This document shows, piece by piece, positions 7,880 through 17,515 of a stretch of 64,000 bases of DNA. The stretch's first letter is position 1. Every line of letters starts with the position of its first letter. The stretch comes from a virus: positions 1-64,000 of the IMG/VR virus record IMGVR_UViG_3300017774_003070; one strand, written 5' to 3'. Below the pieces are notes generated by a model. It did not search any database. It had not been told where the DNA came from and saw only the letters and a list, made by a program, of their open reading frames with translations. Made by a program: the position numbers and the translations under genes.

Positions 7880-7929
7880 CTATTCATCTCGAAGAAATGA
7901 ATTGGCAGTAAAATCTAAAGATTTAACAG
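7880..7929 (+). repeat. Double-hairpin intergenic element, copy 3
   Basis: CT-ATTCAT-CTCGAAGAA-ATGAAT-TGGCAG-T-AAAATCTAAAGATTTA-ACAG, 1 nt before the ATG. Confidence 0.8.
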
Positions 7930-7930
7930 T

Positions 7931-8458
7931 ATGATAATTAACTTACTAAGTGACGAACCATACGAGATTGACGAGGAAGGATTCTGGATTCAATTCTTTG
8001 AGGTATTAGTTGCGAAGGGAAGATACACCATGAGTCCTAAGTTAATTGCACTTATGTCATGGATTCTCAAGCAACCAGAACCTAACAAGTGTTGGGTATC
8101 TAATCCTCATGTACTAGAACTAGCTAAAGGTTTCAAGATTCAACGTCCAGAGATTTCTGTATTCAAAGATCATCTACTTGAACTTGGCTTACTGGTGTCA
8201 ATCAAGGAGCCAGGAAAGAGATTGAATACAAGACCTTCTCCCAAGCTACTGAAGATTAAAGAGAAGTACTTAGCTGGAGAGGTAATTGATTTACGATTTG
8301 TAATGGTTAAGAAAAGTGAAGCTACCAAAAACATTCGACGAAGTACTAAGCCAGACAGCCAAGGATTGTCAGACTTCCAAAGTGAAAGTAGAGGAAGCAG
8401 CGAACCTTCTGTTTCAGACAATGAGGTATTACATCAACAGCCCTCATATAGCGAGTAG
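7931..8458 (+). CDS. Putative winged-HTH DNA-binding protein
   Basis: ELAKGFKIQRPEISVFKDHLLELGLL resembles an HTH plus wing. Confidence 0.55.
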   Translation: MIINLLSDEPYEIDEEGFWIQFFEVLVAKGRYTMSPKLIALMSWILKQPEPNKCWVSNPHVLELAKGFKIQRPEISVFKDHLLELGLLVSIKEPGKRLNTRPSPKLLKIKEKYLAGEVIDLRFVMVKKSEATKNIRRSTKPDSQGLSDFQSESRGSSEPSVSDNEVLHQQPSYSE

Positions 8459-8588
8459 AATAGTAGTGACTTACTTTGGAGTCTTTGATCTAAGTTATAA
8501 AATCGGAGTCAAGATTCTACAAGTTACTCCTAAGATTACTCCTGCAATTGAATACATTTATTCATGGTACATTAGGTACTGGAAATGA
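8316..8588 (+). CDS. HU/IHF-like DNA-binding protein
   Basis: Two helices then IVVTYFGVFDL (HU-type FGxF); IHF-like genes are typical of crAss-like phages. Confidence 0.6.
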   Translation: MKLPKTFDEVLSQTAKDCQTSKVKVEEAANLLFQTMRYYINSPHIASRIVVTYFGVFDLSYKIGVKILQVTPKITPAIEYIYSWYIRYWK

Positions 8589-9241
8589 AAACAAACATGA
8601 ATTTTATAAAGTCTCAACAATCAATGCGAGATTTCGCTGAGAATAATTTTAAAGACCCTGATGCTAAAACTAGCTTCTACTTTCAGAAAGAAGGTGAGCG
8701 TATGACATCAGAAGAACGAGCTAAGTTTAATGCTGATTTACTAAAGTCTTCTATTGCTCCTGATTCTTATTGGCAAGATCGTGATAAGGACATTAGTGAT
8801 TACAACGAGAACTTGGTAAACATTGATCCAAACTACCAAAATATTATCCCTTTTAACCGAATCTTAGTCAGAATGTTTCACATAGTAGCTGAGCGTACTG
8901 AATCAGGTATCATTATTGAACCTAAGATTCCAATGAAAGAGATTACGCAGAATGGTATTGGGATTAGACAGACAATGAATTCTCCTTGGCCTTATATGCG
9001 TAAAGGCATTGTAGTGGCTACTCCTGAGAATGATCCTTGGTTGAAACCTGGGGACATTGTAGAAGTGGACAAACATGCAGTACTTGCACTGAAACCTGCT
9101 GTAGATCATCCACCTGTACTTGAGCATGGATTTACAAGTTCTACTTGGACGGATACAGAACCGCCTACTGACTTGAAGAATCCTCACTATGGATACTTGC
9201 TGCTTGATTATCGTTTAATTCTTGGAAAGATTAAGAAATGA
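8585..9241 (+). CDS. GroES-like co-chaperonin with N-terminal extension
   Basis: IPFNRILVR...RTESGIII...KGIVVA...LKPGDIV matches Cpn10 motifs. Confidence 0.7.
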   Translation: MKTNMNFIKSQQSMRDFAENNFKDPDAKTSFYFQKEGERMTSEERAKFNADLLKSSIAPDSYWQDRDKDISDYNENLVNIDPNYQNIIPFNRILVRMFHIVAERTESGIIIEPKIPMKEITQNGIGIRQTMNSPWPYMRKGIVVATPENDPWLKPGDIVEVDKHAVLALKPAVDHPPVLEHGFTSSTWTDTEPPTDLKNPHYGYLLLDYRLILGKIKK

Positions 9242-9720
9242 ACATAGACATTCAAATGACTCATTTCAAGGGTACGCTGTACGAGATGGAAAACTCTGGT
9301 AGAACCTTTGATTATACTTTTGATCAAGCTTCCCTTGGATTTACTAAATGCATACTTGTTTCTACACTTAGAGATTTTCCAATCAAGGAAGGAGATTACA
9401 TTTGCAACATTGGAGGTGGAGATTTTGTACTCAGTCCTACTATCGCAAAGGAATTTCTAAAAGCTAAACTAATGGATGAATCTGCAAGTATTTGTCGTAA
9501 TCCCACTTCTGTAGTGGATAAGATTACTGAAAACATGGAGAAGCTTTATCCTGAAAATGTGTACGCTACTGGACATCCAGAAAACTCAATCTCTACGAGT
9601 GAGAATCTTTGGGAAGTTTATTCTGCGCTCAAATCTTACACTGCATTTCAAGAAGGAACTGTCGAGTTTAATAAAGAGGGTGACATTGAAAAATTAACTG
9701 TTAATTTTAAAAAACAATAG
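9238..9720 (+). CDS. Hypothetical protein
   Basis: ORF, coupled to neighbours. Confidence 0.7.
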   Translation: MNIDIQMTHFKGTLYEMENSGRTFDYTFDQASLGFTKCILVSTLRDFPIKEGDYICNIGGGDFVLSPTIAKEFLKAKLMDESASICRNPTSVVDKITENMEKLYPENVYATGHPENSISTSENLWEVYSALKSYTAFQEGTVEFNKEGDIEKLTVNFKKQ

Positions 9721-9722
9721 TA

Positions 9723-10028
9723 ATGGCTAACGAAACTTTGAAAGACCTGGGTTGCTACACGCAGAACCTTGGCGAATTGTTGACAGATCTTTCTGTATCT
9801 GCTGCACTGGAAGGAGATAAAGTAGTTATTGACTACACTAATGTTCTCCAGATTATTCAGCTTCTTCACGACAATGTAGCTGAAACGTTGCAAGAATGTG
9901 AAGGTAAGCAGTTGATTTTCCGTATTCCTAATACGTTTATTGCAAAGACACTTGTGACAACGTTGAAGGAGATTACTAAACTGAAGTTTGAATACGTAGT
10001 AGAAGGTGAAGAAACTCCTGCAAACTAA
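9723..10028 (+). CDS. Hypothetical protein
   Basis: ORF. Confidence 0.7.
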   Translation: MANETLKDLGCYTQNLGELLTDLSVSAALEGDKVVIDYTNVLQIIQLLHDNVAETLQECEGKQLIFRIPNTFIAKTLVTTLKEITKLKFEYVVEGEETPAN

Positions 10029-10221
10029 AGTAGGTTATTTCCTTAAGTGGCTGGTTGTAAAGTTCCTAGATATGGACATGCAACTAGCTACTTCTAAGGA
10101 AGCACTGGACAGAGCTAGAACTTGCACAGAATGCTTTGAGAAAGGTAAATGTGTAGAGTGTGGTTGTCCATTTGATAAAGTTGTAATAACTAGAAAGCCA
10201 TGCAGCAAATTCAGAACTTAA
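10006..10221 (+). CDS. Small Cys-rich Zn-binding protein
   Basis: RARTCTEC...CVECGC...C. Confidence 0.65.
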   Translation: MKKLLQTKVGYFLKWLVVKFLDMDMQLATSKEALDRARTCTECFEKGKCVECGCPFDKVVITRKPCSKFRT

Positions 10222-10439
10222 TTAAAATGCCTTACGGTGCAGTTGGTACAGAAGTTACCACTGAGTTTGAATCAGATGTTAAGATTACAGACTTTCAAAT
10301 AACTAAAGGTCAAGTAGAGAAGCTTGATAATAACACACTGCAAATTAAAACTATTGTAGAGACTAAGAACTATACAGCAGACTTAGCAGTTAGAACTACA
10401 AGAGGATTACAATTTTATAAAGTAGAAGTACGTAAGTAA
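10200..10439 (+). CDS. Hypothetical beta-rich protein (start may be ATG 10227)
   Basis: ORF. Confidence 0.6.
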   Translation: MQQIQNLIKMPYGAVGTEVTTEFESDVKITDFQITKGQVEKLDNNTLQIKTIVETKNYTADLAVRTTRGLQFYKVEVRK

Positions 10440-11011
10440 TGATAGCTATTAATACAGATAAGATTAATCACCTTCTTAACTTTTGGAAACTAAACCCCCA
10501 GTTTCAAATCTATTCTCCTTTTTCTAAGTTGTACAAGTCAGATACAGAAGAAGCCACGTCTAAGTTGATGTGGTTTATTGTTTTTATGCAGCATCCAGAT
10601 GAAGAGTTCAATATCTTTTTCAGGATACCAACTCAAGAGAGGCAGGAGATGTTGGAACGTGAGCTGATCCAACCCAATTGGGATGAAGTTTTTACTGAGT
10701 GTTTTGATGCTTTCCCGTTTCAATGTCTAACTGCTGTACAACGAGCACTTAAAGAGGAGATAGAAGTACTGGTGAAAAGGTCTAAGCTGATCAAGATAAC
10801 TGATCTTACACTTGACTCTAATGATGAGAATGGTAAACCAGTGAAAGGTACAGCTACACAGATCAATACGTTACAGAAAGATGCACCTAAAGTATATCAG
10901 CAGTATGAGGAATTGTACAACAAGTTCATAGCTGAGAAGCAGATGGTGAAAGCTAAAGGAGGTAACAAGATTACTAAAGCAGAAGATGACAACTTCTGGA
11001 ATGTCAACTAG
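10439..11011 (+). CDS. Conserved crAss-like protein upstream of terminase (possible terminase small subunit)
   Basis: Helical/coiled-coil with basic GG tail; position just upstream of TerL. Confidence 0.5.
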   Translation: MIAINTDKINHLLNFWKLNPQFQIYSPFSKLYKSDTEEATSKLMWFIVFMQHPDEEFNIFFRIPTQERQEMLERELIQPNWDEVFTECFDAFPFQCLTAVQRALKEEIEVLVKRSKLIKITDLTLDSNDENGKPVKGTATQINTLQKDAPKVYQQYEELYNKFIAEKQMVKAKGGNKITKAEDDNFWNVN

Positions 11012-11041
11012 CTTTACTTTTCTCATAATCGAAAACGAAAG

Positions 11042-11686
11042 ATGATTACTCAAAAACTAATAACTAAGAATAGACCTTTCAAGAAGCTTAAAGAACTACG
11101 AGGTATTGTAATTCACTGGACAGCTAATACACGTAAAGGTGCTAATTCTCAAGCTCACTATCTGTACTTTAATGCAGCTAACAGATCGTCCTCTGCTCAC
11201 TATTTTGTAGATGATAAGTCTGTACTACAGTTGATCCCAGATGATGAAGTAGCATGGCATGTAGGTGATAGCATTAAGTTAGCTAGTCTACCACTACGAG
11301 CTAAATATGTACCTAAAGGTGATAATCCTAACAACTACTTTATTGGTATTGAGATGTGCATGAATGAGGATTCTAATCAGCAAAAAGTACTTGACAATAC
11401 TGTGCAGTTGGTTACTGAACTCATGCTCAAATACAAGCTTACTAAAGATCAAGTTGTACGTCACTATGACATTACAGGTAAAGATTGTCCTAAAATGTTT
11501 GTACCACTTGTTGTTAATGGTGTCAAGTTAGAACATGCTTGGTTAGCTTTTAAAGATAAGTTACCGATAACACCAGAAGTACCACAAGCATACAGTATCA
11601 CGCAAGAACAAGAAACTAAATTAACTACATGGGAACTGTTATCACTGAGTCTACACCAAATCTTAGCCTTTATTCGCAAGATGTAG
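11042..11686 (+). CDS. N-acetylmuramoyl-L-alanine amidase (Amidase_2 endolysin)
   Basis: IVIHWTA, SAHYFVD, AWHVG, IGIEMC, RHYD..GKDCP Zn-amidase motifs. Confidence 0.9.
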   Translation: MITQKLITKNRPFKKLKELRGIVIHWTANTRKGANSQAHYLYFNAANRSSSAHYFVDDKSVLQLIPDDEVAWHVGDSIKLASLPLRAKYVPKGDNPNNYFIGIEMCMNEDSNQQKVLDNTVQLVTELMLKYKLTKDQVVRHYDITGKDCPKMFVPLVVNGVKLEHAWLAFKDKLPITPEVPQAYSITQEQETKLTTWELLSLSLHQILAFIRKM

Positions 11687-14600
11687 ACTGGATAAAAATT
11701 GAGAATTTGAAAAGTATTTTGTCACAGTTTGAACCTGTACACTTACATCCTGATGATCCTCAATATAAAGTTCAGTGGAATGGTCTACGCACTAAACTAG
11801 TTGATGGAATCTTCTTTCCTCAGTTTGGTAAAGTAAGGTATGTTCCTGGTAGACTAGGTTTCTATGCTAAGTTCTCAACTATTGTAGATACAAAGGACAA
11901 GGTACGTTATGAGATTACTCCTGATATTAGAGACTTAGAGTTTCATTTTGCATACTATCTTACTGAAGCTCTTGGATTTTCAGGTTTCTCTAATGATGAC
12001 CGATATACTTGTGACAGACGTATTCATAAGTTCAATAAGCTCAAGATAGACCAGCAATCAGAACTCATTACTAGCAATGGTAAGCTTAAGGAATTTAGAG
12101 AGCCAAGAGAATACCTATTCAGCCTTCACGATGATGATTTAGGACAACCATTATACAAGAATGATGCCTCTAATTTACTAGTTCTAGGTGCAAGAGGAGG
12201 TGGGAAGGCTACACGTTGTTATGAAACGGTATACAAATCTACAGGAAAGTCTACAATAGGAGAGCTTGTTGCAGGAGATCAAATTTATGGATCAGAAGGA
12301 GAATTAATAAACGTACTTGATGTCCACCCTCAAGGTGTTACAGATGTATATAAAGTTGAATTCTCAGATGGGCGAAGCCTAGTTACTCATCCAGATCATT
12401 TATGGAAACTTAGAAAGAAAAAGAATCCTGTGAGTACCATTGAAATGCTGGAAAAAGGATTATTCTATGAACACAAGAAATCTGGTAAATCTTACAAGTT
12501 TCAAGTTGAGCAATGTAAAGAAGTACAGTATCCAGAAAAAGAGTTGCCTATACATCCTTACATTCTAGGAGCTTTACTTGGAGATGGTACAATGACTACC
12601 AAAACTCCTAAGTTAGCGAGTAGCGATGTAGAAATACTCGACAGGTTTAAAGAGTTACTTCCTGAGTATGAGTTTAAGTATGACGAGTCTACTACTAACA
12701 ATTATACCATTAAGTATCTAGGAGATGAGAGGATATTTGTAAAAAGAAAAGTTAAAGGTGATTTCTGGACACATCACAACCCTTTACATACAGAGATAAA
12801 GAAGCTTGAACTAAACGTAACTTGCAAAAACAAATTTATACCTGATATTTACAAGTATGGTTCTGTTGAACAACGTTACGAGCTTGTACGTGGATTAATG
12901 GATACTGATGGTTCTATCAATAAGGAAGGATCAATTGAGTTTACAAATACTTGTGGTACATTACTTCAAGATTTGAAAGAAGTACTACAAAGTCTGGGAA
13001 TTAGATGTTCAGTAGGTGAAGATGATAGATCTGATCAATCTCATTTTATAAAAGGTAAGGAGTATCAAAGAGGTAAATACTCAAGACTGTATATCAATAC
13101 TTCTAAAGATATATTCTTCTTACCTAGGAAAAAAGAAAGACTCAGATCTAGACAGAAAGAAGGATTTGTATCTATTGTAAACATTGAAAAACTACCTGAG
13201 CAAGAAGAGACTACTTGTATCACAGTAGATGCTCCAGATCATTGCTATCTTACCACTGATTATCTTGTTACTCATAACTCGTATACGTTCTCATTAATGG
13301 CTGTAAAGTACGAGTTAGCATTTCATGGTGCTAGGAATTCAGACAAACCTATCGGTAAGACTTCTGTAGAAATTGGTTCTGGACAAGTATCTAAGTCTTC
13401 TGAATTAATTGACAAGATTGTACTTTCTAACGAGTGTTTGAAGAAGGAGAAGTTTGGAGCATATGGAGAAGAAGGTGATGACGACTTTGAACCTTGTCCT
13501 TTCTACATGTGGATGGATGGATCTTTTCGGGTCAACAATCAGCAAAATCCTTGGATACAGCAAAAGACAGTTAAGAAAGGTAAGTCTTGGAAAAAGATTG
13601 GCAGAAAGTCTACTCTTTATCACTCCTCTTACTCTACTAATAAAAAAGAAGGTGCTGAAGCCTCTGCTGGTGGTCGTAGAAACATGATTGTTTACGAGGA
13701 GATTGGTCTTACTGCTTTGATCAAAGAGGTGTGGGGGTCAAACAATGCTGTTGTACGTACAGACTCTGAACAGTATGGTTCTCAAATTGGTATTGGAACG
13801 TCTGGTAACATTGAATTGATTCAGTCAACTAAGCACATCTTTACTCATCCAAAAGATTACAACTGTCTGATCTTTGGAAAAGGTAATGGATTCTTTCTTC
13901 CTGCCCCACTGACTAACAAGGACTTTAAGGATGAAAATGGAAATACTGATCTTGATGAAGCTTACGACTACTACATAAAGAGACGTGAAGAGGCTAAGAT
14001 GGCTTCTGATCCACAAGTACTCATTGCAGAAAGGATGAACTATCCACTGTCTATTGAAGATATGTGGTTAGGAGGTTCATCAGGTTATCTTCCTGACAAA
14101 GAAGCTGAATTACGTGAGAAGGAATTGATAGCAGGAAACCTTTACGAAAATATTGGACAAGCTGTAGAATTAGTCTGGGATAGCAAAGTAGCATCAGGAG
14201 TAACTTACAGAATCAAACCTAAGTCAGAAGCTAAACCTATCTACAATTGGCCTCTTAGTCCTAATGATCCTACTCATGGTGAGATAATGATTTACATTCA
14301 TCCTGAGAAACTAAAGGTTAATGGTATACTTCCTAACGATGCTATTATCTTTTTACATGACCCTTACGTATCTGATGAATTAGACAAAGGAGGATCACTT
14401 GGAGCTTCTTACGCAATTGTGAATCCTAAATATGAAAGCTTTGGTTTACCTTCGTATCAGATAGCAGCAACTTGGATTAGCAGACACCCACATGGAGTAG
14501 ACGCTTACAATGAAGAGTTTGAGAAGCTGATACAGTTCTATGGTAATCCAGTAAGAAATGTATGGTATGAAGCCAACCGAGGTGATAGATTTAAAGGACA

Positions 14601-14985
14601 TATTACCAAGAAGAAAAAGAACTTCCTGTTATGTCTTAGACCTCAGTTTGAACAAGGCCAGTACATCTACACACGTAATGCTACACAGACAGGTTATGTA
14701 GTATCTAATCAGATTGCTAAAGTGACACTGCTTGATGGTTTACGTGATCTACTGCTCATGGACGTTGGTGGTAAACTACTTATAGAAACTATACCTTGCT
14801 TGTTTACAATAAAGCAAATACGACAATTTAAAATGGATGGAAACTTTGACGGCGTATCAGCTCTTCAGGGACTTCCACTAGCAATAAAAGAAATAGAGCA
14901 TTATACAAGTAATCGGCAGCAGACTGGAGTACTTCATTCAATTTCAAAAAACTTGGTAAAAAGGCTGCGACCTAATTACACATAA
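11629..14985 (+). CDS. terL: Terminase large subunit containing an intein
   Basis: Walker A GARGGGK/S split by an intein; Walker B IVYEEIG; GTSG coupling motif; RNase H-like C-terminal domain (HDPY, YEANRG, NFDGVSA); followed by portal. Confidence 0.92.
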   Translation: MGTVITESTPNLSLYSQDVDWIKIENLKSILSQFEPVHLHPDDPQYKVQWNGLRTKLVDGIFFPQFGKVRYVPGRLGFYAKFSTIVDTKDKVRYEITPDIRDLEFHFAYYLTEALGFSGFSNDDRYTCDRRIHKFNKLKIDQQSELITSNGKLKEFREPREYLFSLHDDDLGQPLYKNDASNLLVLGARGGGKATRCYETVYKSTGKSTIGELVAGDQIYGSEGELINVLDVHPQGVTDVYKVEFSDGRSLVTHPDHLWKLRKKKNPVSTIEMLEKGLFYEHKKSGKSYKFQVEQCKEVQYPEKELPIHPYILGALLGDGTMTTKTPKLASSDVEILDRFKELLPEYEFKYDESTTNNYTIKYLGDERIFVKRKVKGDFWTHHNPLHTEIKKLELNVTCKNKFIPDIYKYGSVEQRYELVRGLMDTDGSINKEGSIEFTNTCGTLLQDLKEVLQSLGIRCSVGEDDRSDQSHFIKGKEYQRGKYSRLYINTSKDIFFLPRKKERLRSRQKEGFVSIVNIEKLPEQEETTCITVDAPDHCYLTTDYLVTHNSYTFSLMAVKYELAFHGARNSDKPIGKTSVEIGSGQVSKSSELIDKIVLSNECLKKEKFGAYGEEGDDDFEPCPFYMWMDGSFRVNNQQNPWIQQKTVKKGKSWKKIGRKSTLYHSSYSTNKKEGAEASAGGRRNMIVYEEIGLTALIKEVWGSNNAVVRTDSEQYGSQIGIGTSGNIELIQSTKHIFTHPKDYNCLIFGKGNGFFLPAPLTNKDFKDENGNTDLDEAYDYYIKRREEAKMASDPQVLIAERMNYPLSIEDMWLGGSSGYLPDKEAELREKELIAGNLYENIGQAVELVWDSKVASGVTYRIKPKSEAKPIYNWPLSPNDPTHGEIMIYIHPEKLKVNGILPNDAIIFLHDPYVSDELDKGGSLGASYAIVNPKYESFGLPSYQIAATWISRHPHGVDAYNEEFEKLIQFYGNPVRNVWYEANRGDRFKGHITKKKKNFLLCLRPQFEQGQYIYTRNATQTGYVVSNQIAKVTLLDGLRDLLLMDVGGKLLIETIPCLFTIKQIRQFKMDGNFDGVSALQGLPLAIKEIEHYTSNRQQTGVLHSISKNLVKRLRPNYT
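12208..13278 (+). mobile_element. Class 3 intein (357 aa) with LAGLIDADG homing endonuclease
   Basis: Starts at Ala after GK, ends THN|S; W in block B (THPDHLW), C in block F (TTCITVD), T in block G; LAGLIDADG helices LGALLGDG and VRGLMDTDG. Confidence 0.9.
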
Positions 14986-14995
14986 CGATTAAGAA

Positions 14996-17464
14996 ATGCT
15001 ATTACTAGAAAAAAACAAGGATAAGAAGTGGTTTGAGTCAGTGATGAGTTCTATTATACCTTATCATGCTACTTACACAGATAGCTATGAGAAGTATAGA
15101 ATGATCTACGCGATCGTGAACAATGACATATCCTACATTCAAAAGAACCTCAAAGAGCTGTGTAAGCCTGAGAATGAATTGTTCCAACTACCTTTTGCAC
15201 AAGATCGTGAGATGGTGGTATTCAATCCAATTTTCAAGTACTACATGTTTTTGATTGGTGAACTTCTCAAGAGAGGAGACAACTTTGATATTCTACTTCT
15301 TGGAGATCGTGACAATAAAGCTAAAGACCAAGAGTTAACAGAAGCATTGTCTGAAGTAATGGATCAGCGTATTCAGCAAATGATGACTGATGTGCCTGAA
15401 GAACAGCGAGTAAAGCCTGAAGAAGTTGATGTACAGTCTTTCAAGTCTCAACTAGAGATGTTCTATTCTCAGGTCATTGAATTTTTCAAAGCTAAGTACG
15501 AGTTCAAGACAATCAAGAGACTCACCTTCCAACATGCCATTTGTACAGACATGTGTTTTGCTGGTATTATGGAGCGCAATGGTATTCCAGAACCAGTAGT
15601 ATTCAATAATCTTCACCTTGGTTACCACAAGTCTCCTGACATTGATAAGATTGAGAAAGGTGATTATTGGTGGTACAGAACTCCTATCACTATTGGTCAA
15701 GCTATTGAAGAGTTGAAGGGTAAGATTCCTGATGAAAGACTGAATCGTATTGCCAGCTTTGGAGCATCTACACACCTTACTCCTAATCAAGGTTGGGATG
15801 TAACTTCTGGTAAAGCAACTAGTCAATTCAATTACCTTGGTGTAGAAGAGTTGTACGAGAAAAGAGACTTTGACAATAGATACATTGGTCAGAGTACTGG
15901 TCAGATGAATAACCACAGAGTCAATTCCAATAGACTGATCTGGAAGACCATTATGGAATTCAAAGCTTTCAAGTCTGTAATCATCTTGTCTACTATTAAT
16001 GAGTTTGGAGAAGAGACGCTTGAGATTGTATCAGAGAATTATCCAATGCCAAAATCTGCTACTAAGGTCTTCTTCACTAACAAGTGGGGGAAAGATTCAA
16101 GCAGATACGAGTGGGTAGATGATTTTGGTAATATGGTCTATGCTGAAGAGATCTTTATTCCAAGACGTTATGAGTGTACTAGATATGGTACTGATGAATT
16201 TGTAGACTGTAGAGAAGTCCCTAACCAACCTCTCAATCTCGACAATCCATTTGACTTTGAACTAAGCTTAAAGGGTAGAATCTTCTCTGGACTTAATGCA
16301 GAACCAATCTCTATCATTGAACGAGGCTTATCAGGTTTCACTGAATACTTGTACATCAAAGACCTTGAACTACGAGAACTCTCCAAGTACGAAGGTTTCA
16401 TTAAGAACATTGATGCAAGCAAGATTCCTGACTACTTAGCTACTAATCCAGATGGGACTCCGCTATATGAAGGTGCTGACAAGTTGGCTATCTGGAAACA
16501 CATACGGAGAACTACTGGTGATTCTTACTATGAGTCTGCCAACCTTATGTCTGGTGTAATTGACCACCAGAAGACTATTCCTGTAAGAGCAGAAGTGTCT
16601 GGTAGTATGAATGAGATTCTAATCATGCAGAATCTACTTGAACTAATTGACAGACAGATAGGTTTGAACATGCTCATTCCTCAGCAAGCTACAGGACAGT
16701 ATTCAGCCTCCTCTAATGTAACTGACAATCAAGCAGCAGTTAACTCAAGCTACACCATGACTGAGATGTACTATCACGTACACAATGACATGATGAAGAG
16801 TCTCTTGAATGAGTACTTGATTCAGTTTACCAACTATTACAAGAATTACTTTGAAGAGAATCCTCAAGTAACTGAGACATATCTTAACTACATCCTTCCT
16901 GACAGTACTAGAAAGCTCATTACAATTAAACCTGAACTTCTAGATCACGAAGGACTTGGAGTATTCTTACAAGACACTACATACAATGAAGCATACAGAC
17001 GCAATGTAGCTCAGTATGCACTACAAGCAATATCTCAGAATAGAGGTGAAGGAGCTGAAGTTATTTCTGATCTTGTAATGGCAGTCAGTCGTGGTGAGTC
17101 ACCTGAGAAGATTCACAAGATGATTCAGATTGCAACTAAGAAGCAACAAGAGTTTGCAATGAAGATGCAAGAACAACAGTCTAATGCTGCTGCTCAACTG
17201 GAACAATTTAGAGCTACACAGGATGACAAGAAACATGCTCAGAAACTGGAAGAGATTCAACTTACAAAAGATCTTGATGCACAGATTAAAGCTCTTGACA
17301 TTTACAAGTTCAACGAGGATAAGAATACTGATAAAGATGGTATTGAAGATCCTATTGAAACTATGCTTAAAGTGAAAGAGAGTCAGCAACGAGATCGTGA
17401 GCTTGACATAAAGCAAGAAGAGGTTAAAGTTAAGGCGAAAGCTAAAACATTAAGTACAAAATAA
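14996..17464 (+). CDS. Portal protein
   Basis: 822 aa directly after TerL; C-terminal Gln-rich coiled coil; crAss-like synteny. Confidence 0.85.
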   Translation: MLLLEKNKDKKWFESVMSSIIPYHATYTDSYEKYRMIYAIVNNDISYIQKNLKELCKPENELFQLPFAQDREMVVFNPIFKYYMFLIGELLKRGDNFDILLLGDRDNKAKDQELTEALSEVMDQRIQQMMTDVPEEQRVKPEEVDVQSFKSQLEMFYSQVIEFFKAKYEFKTIKRLTFQHAICTDMCFAGIMERNGIPEPVVFNNLHLGYHKSPDIDKIEKGDYWWYRTPITIGQAIEELKGKIPDERLNRIASFGASTHLTPNQGWDVTSGKATSQFNYLGVEELYEKRDFDNRYIGQSTGQMNNHRVNSNRLIWKTIMEFKAFKSVIILSTINEFGEETLEIVSENYPMPKSATKVFFTNKWGKDSSRYEWVDDFGNMVYAEEIFIPRRYECTRYGTDEFVDCREVPNQPLNLDNPFDFELSLKGRIFSGLNAEPISIIERGLSGFTEYLYIKDLELRELSKYEGFIKNIDASKIPDYLATNPDGTPLYEGADKLAIWKHIRRTTGDSYYESANLMSGVIDHQKTIPVRAEVSGSMNEILIMQNLLELIDRQIGLNMLIPQQATGQYSASSNVTDNQAAVNSSYTMTEMYYHVHNDMMKSLLNEYLIQFTNYYKNYFEENPQVTETYLNYILPDSTRKLITIKPELLDHEGLGVFLQDTTYNEAYRRNVAQYALQAISQNRGEGAEVISDLVMAVSRGESPEKIHKMIQIATKKQQEFAMKMQEQQSNAAAQLEQFRATQDDKKHAQKLEEIQLTKDLDAQIKALDIYKFNEDKNTDKDGIEDPIETMLKVKESQQRDRELDIKQEEVKVKAKAKTLSTK

Positions 17465-17515
17465 TTTACAACGTATCTTACACCTAAATAATGTGTAGGA
17501 GATAAACTCAGACAG

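Noticed and set aside
1948-7929. Repeated element as a CRISPR array
   Set aside because: Copies are kilobases apart, with no regular spacers and no cas operon
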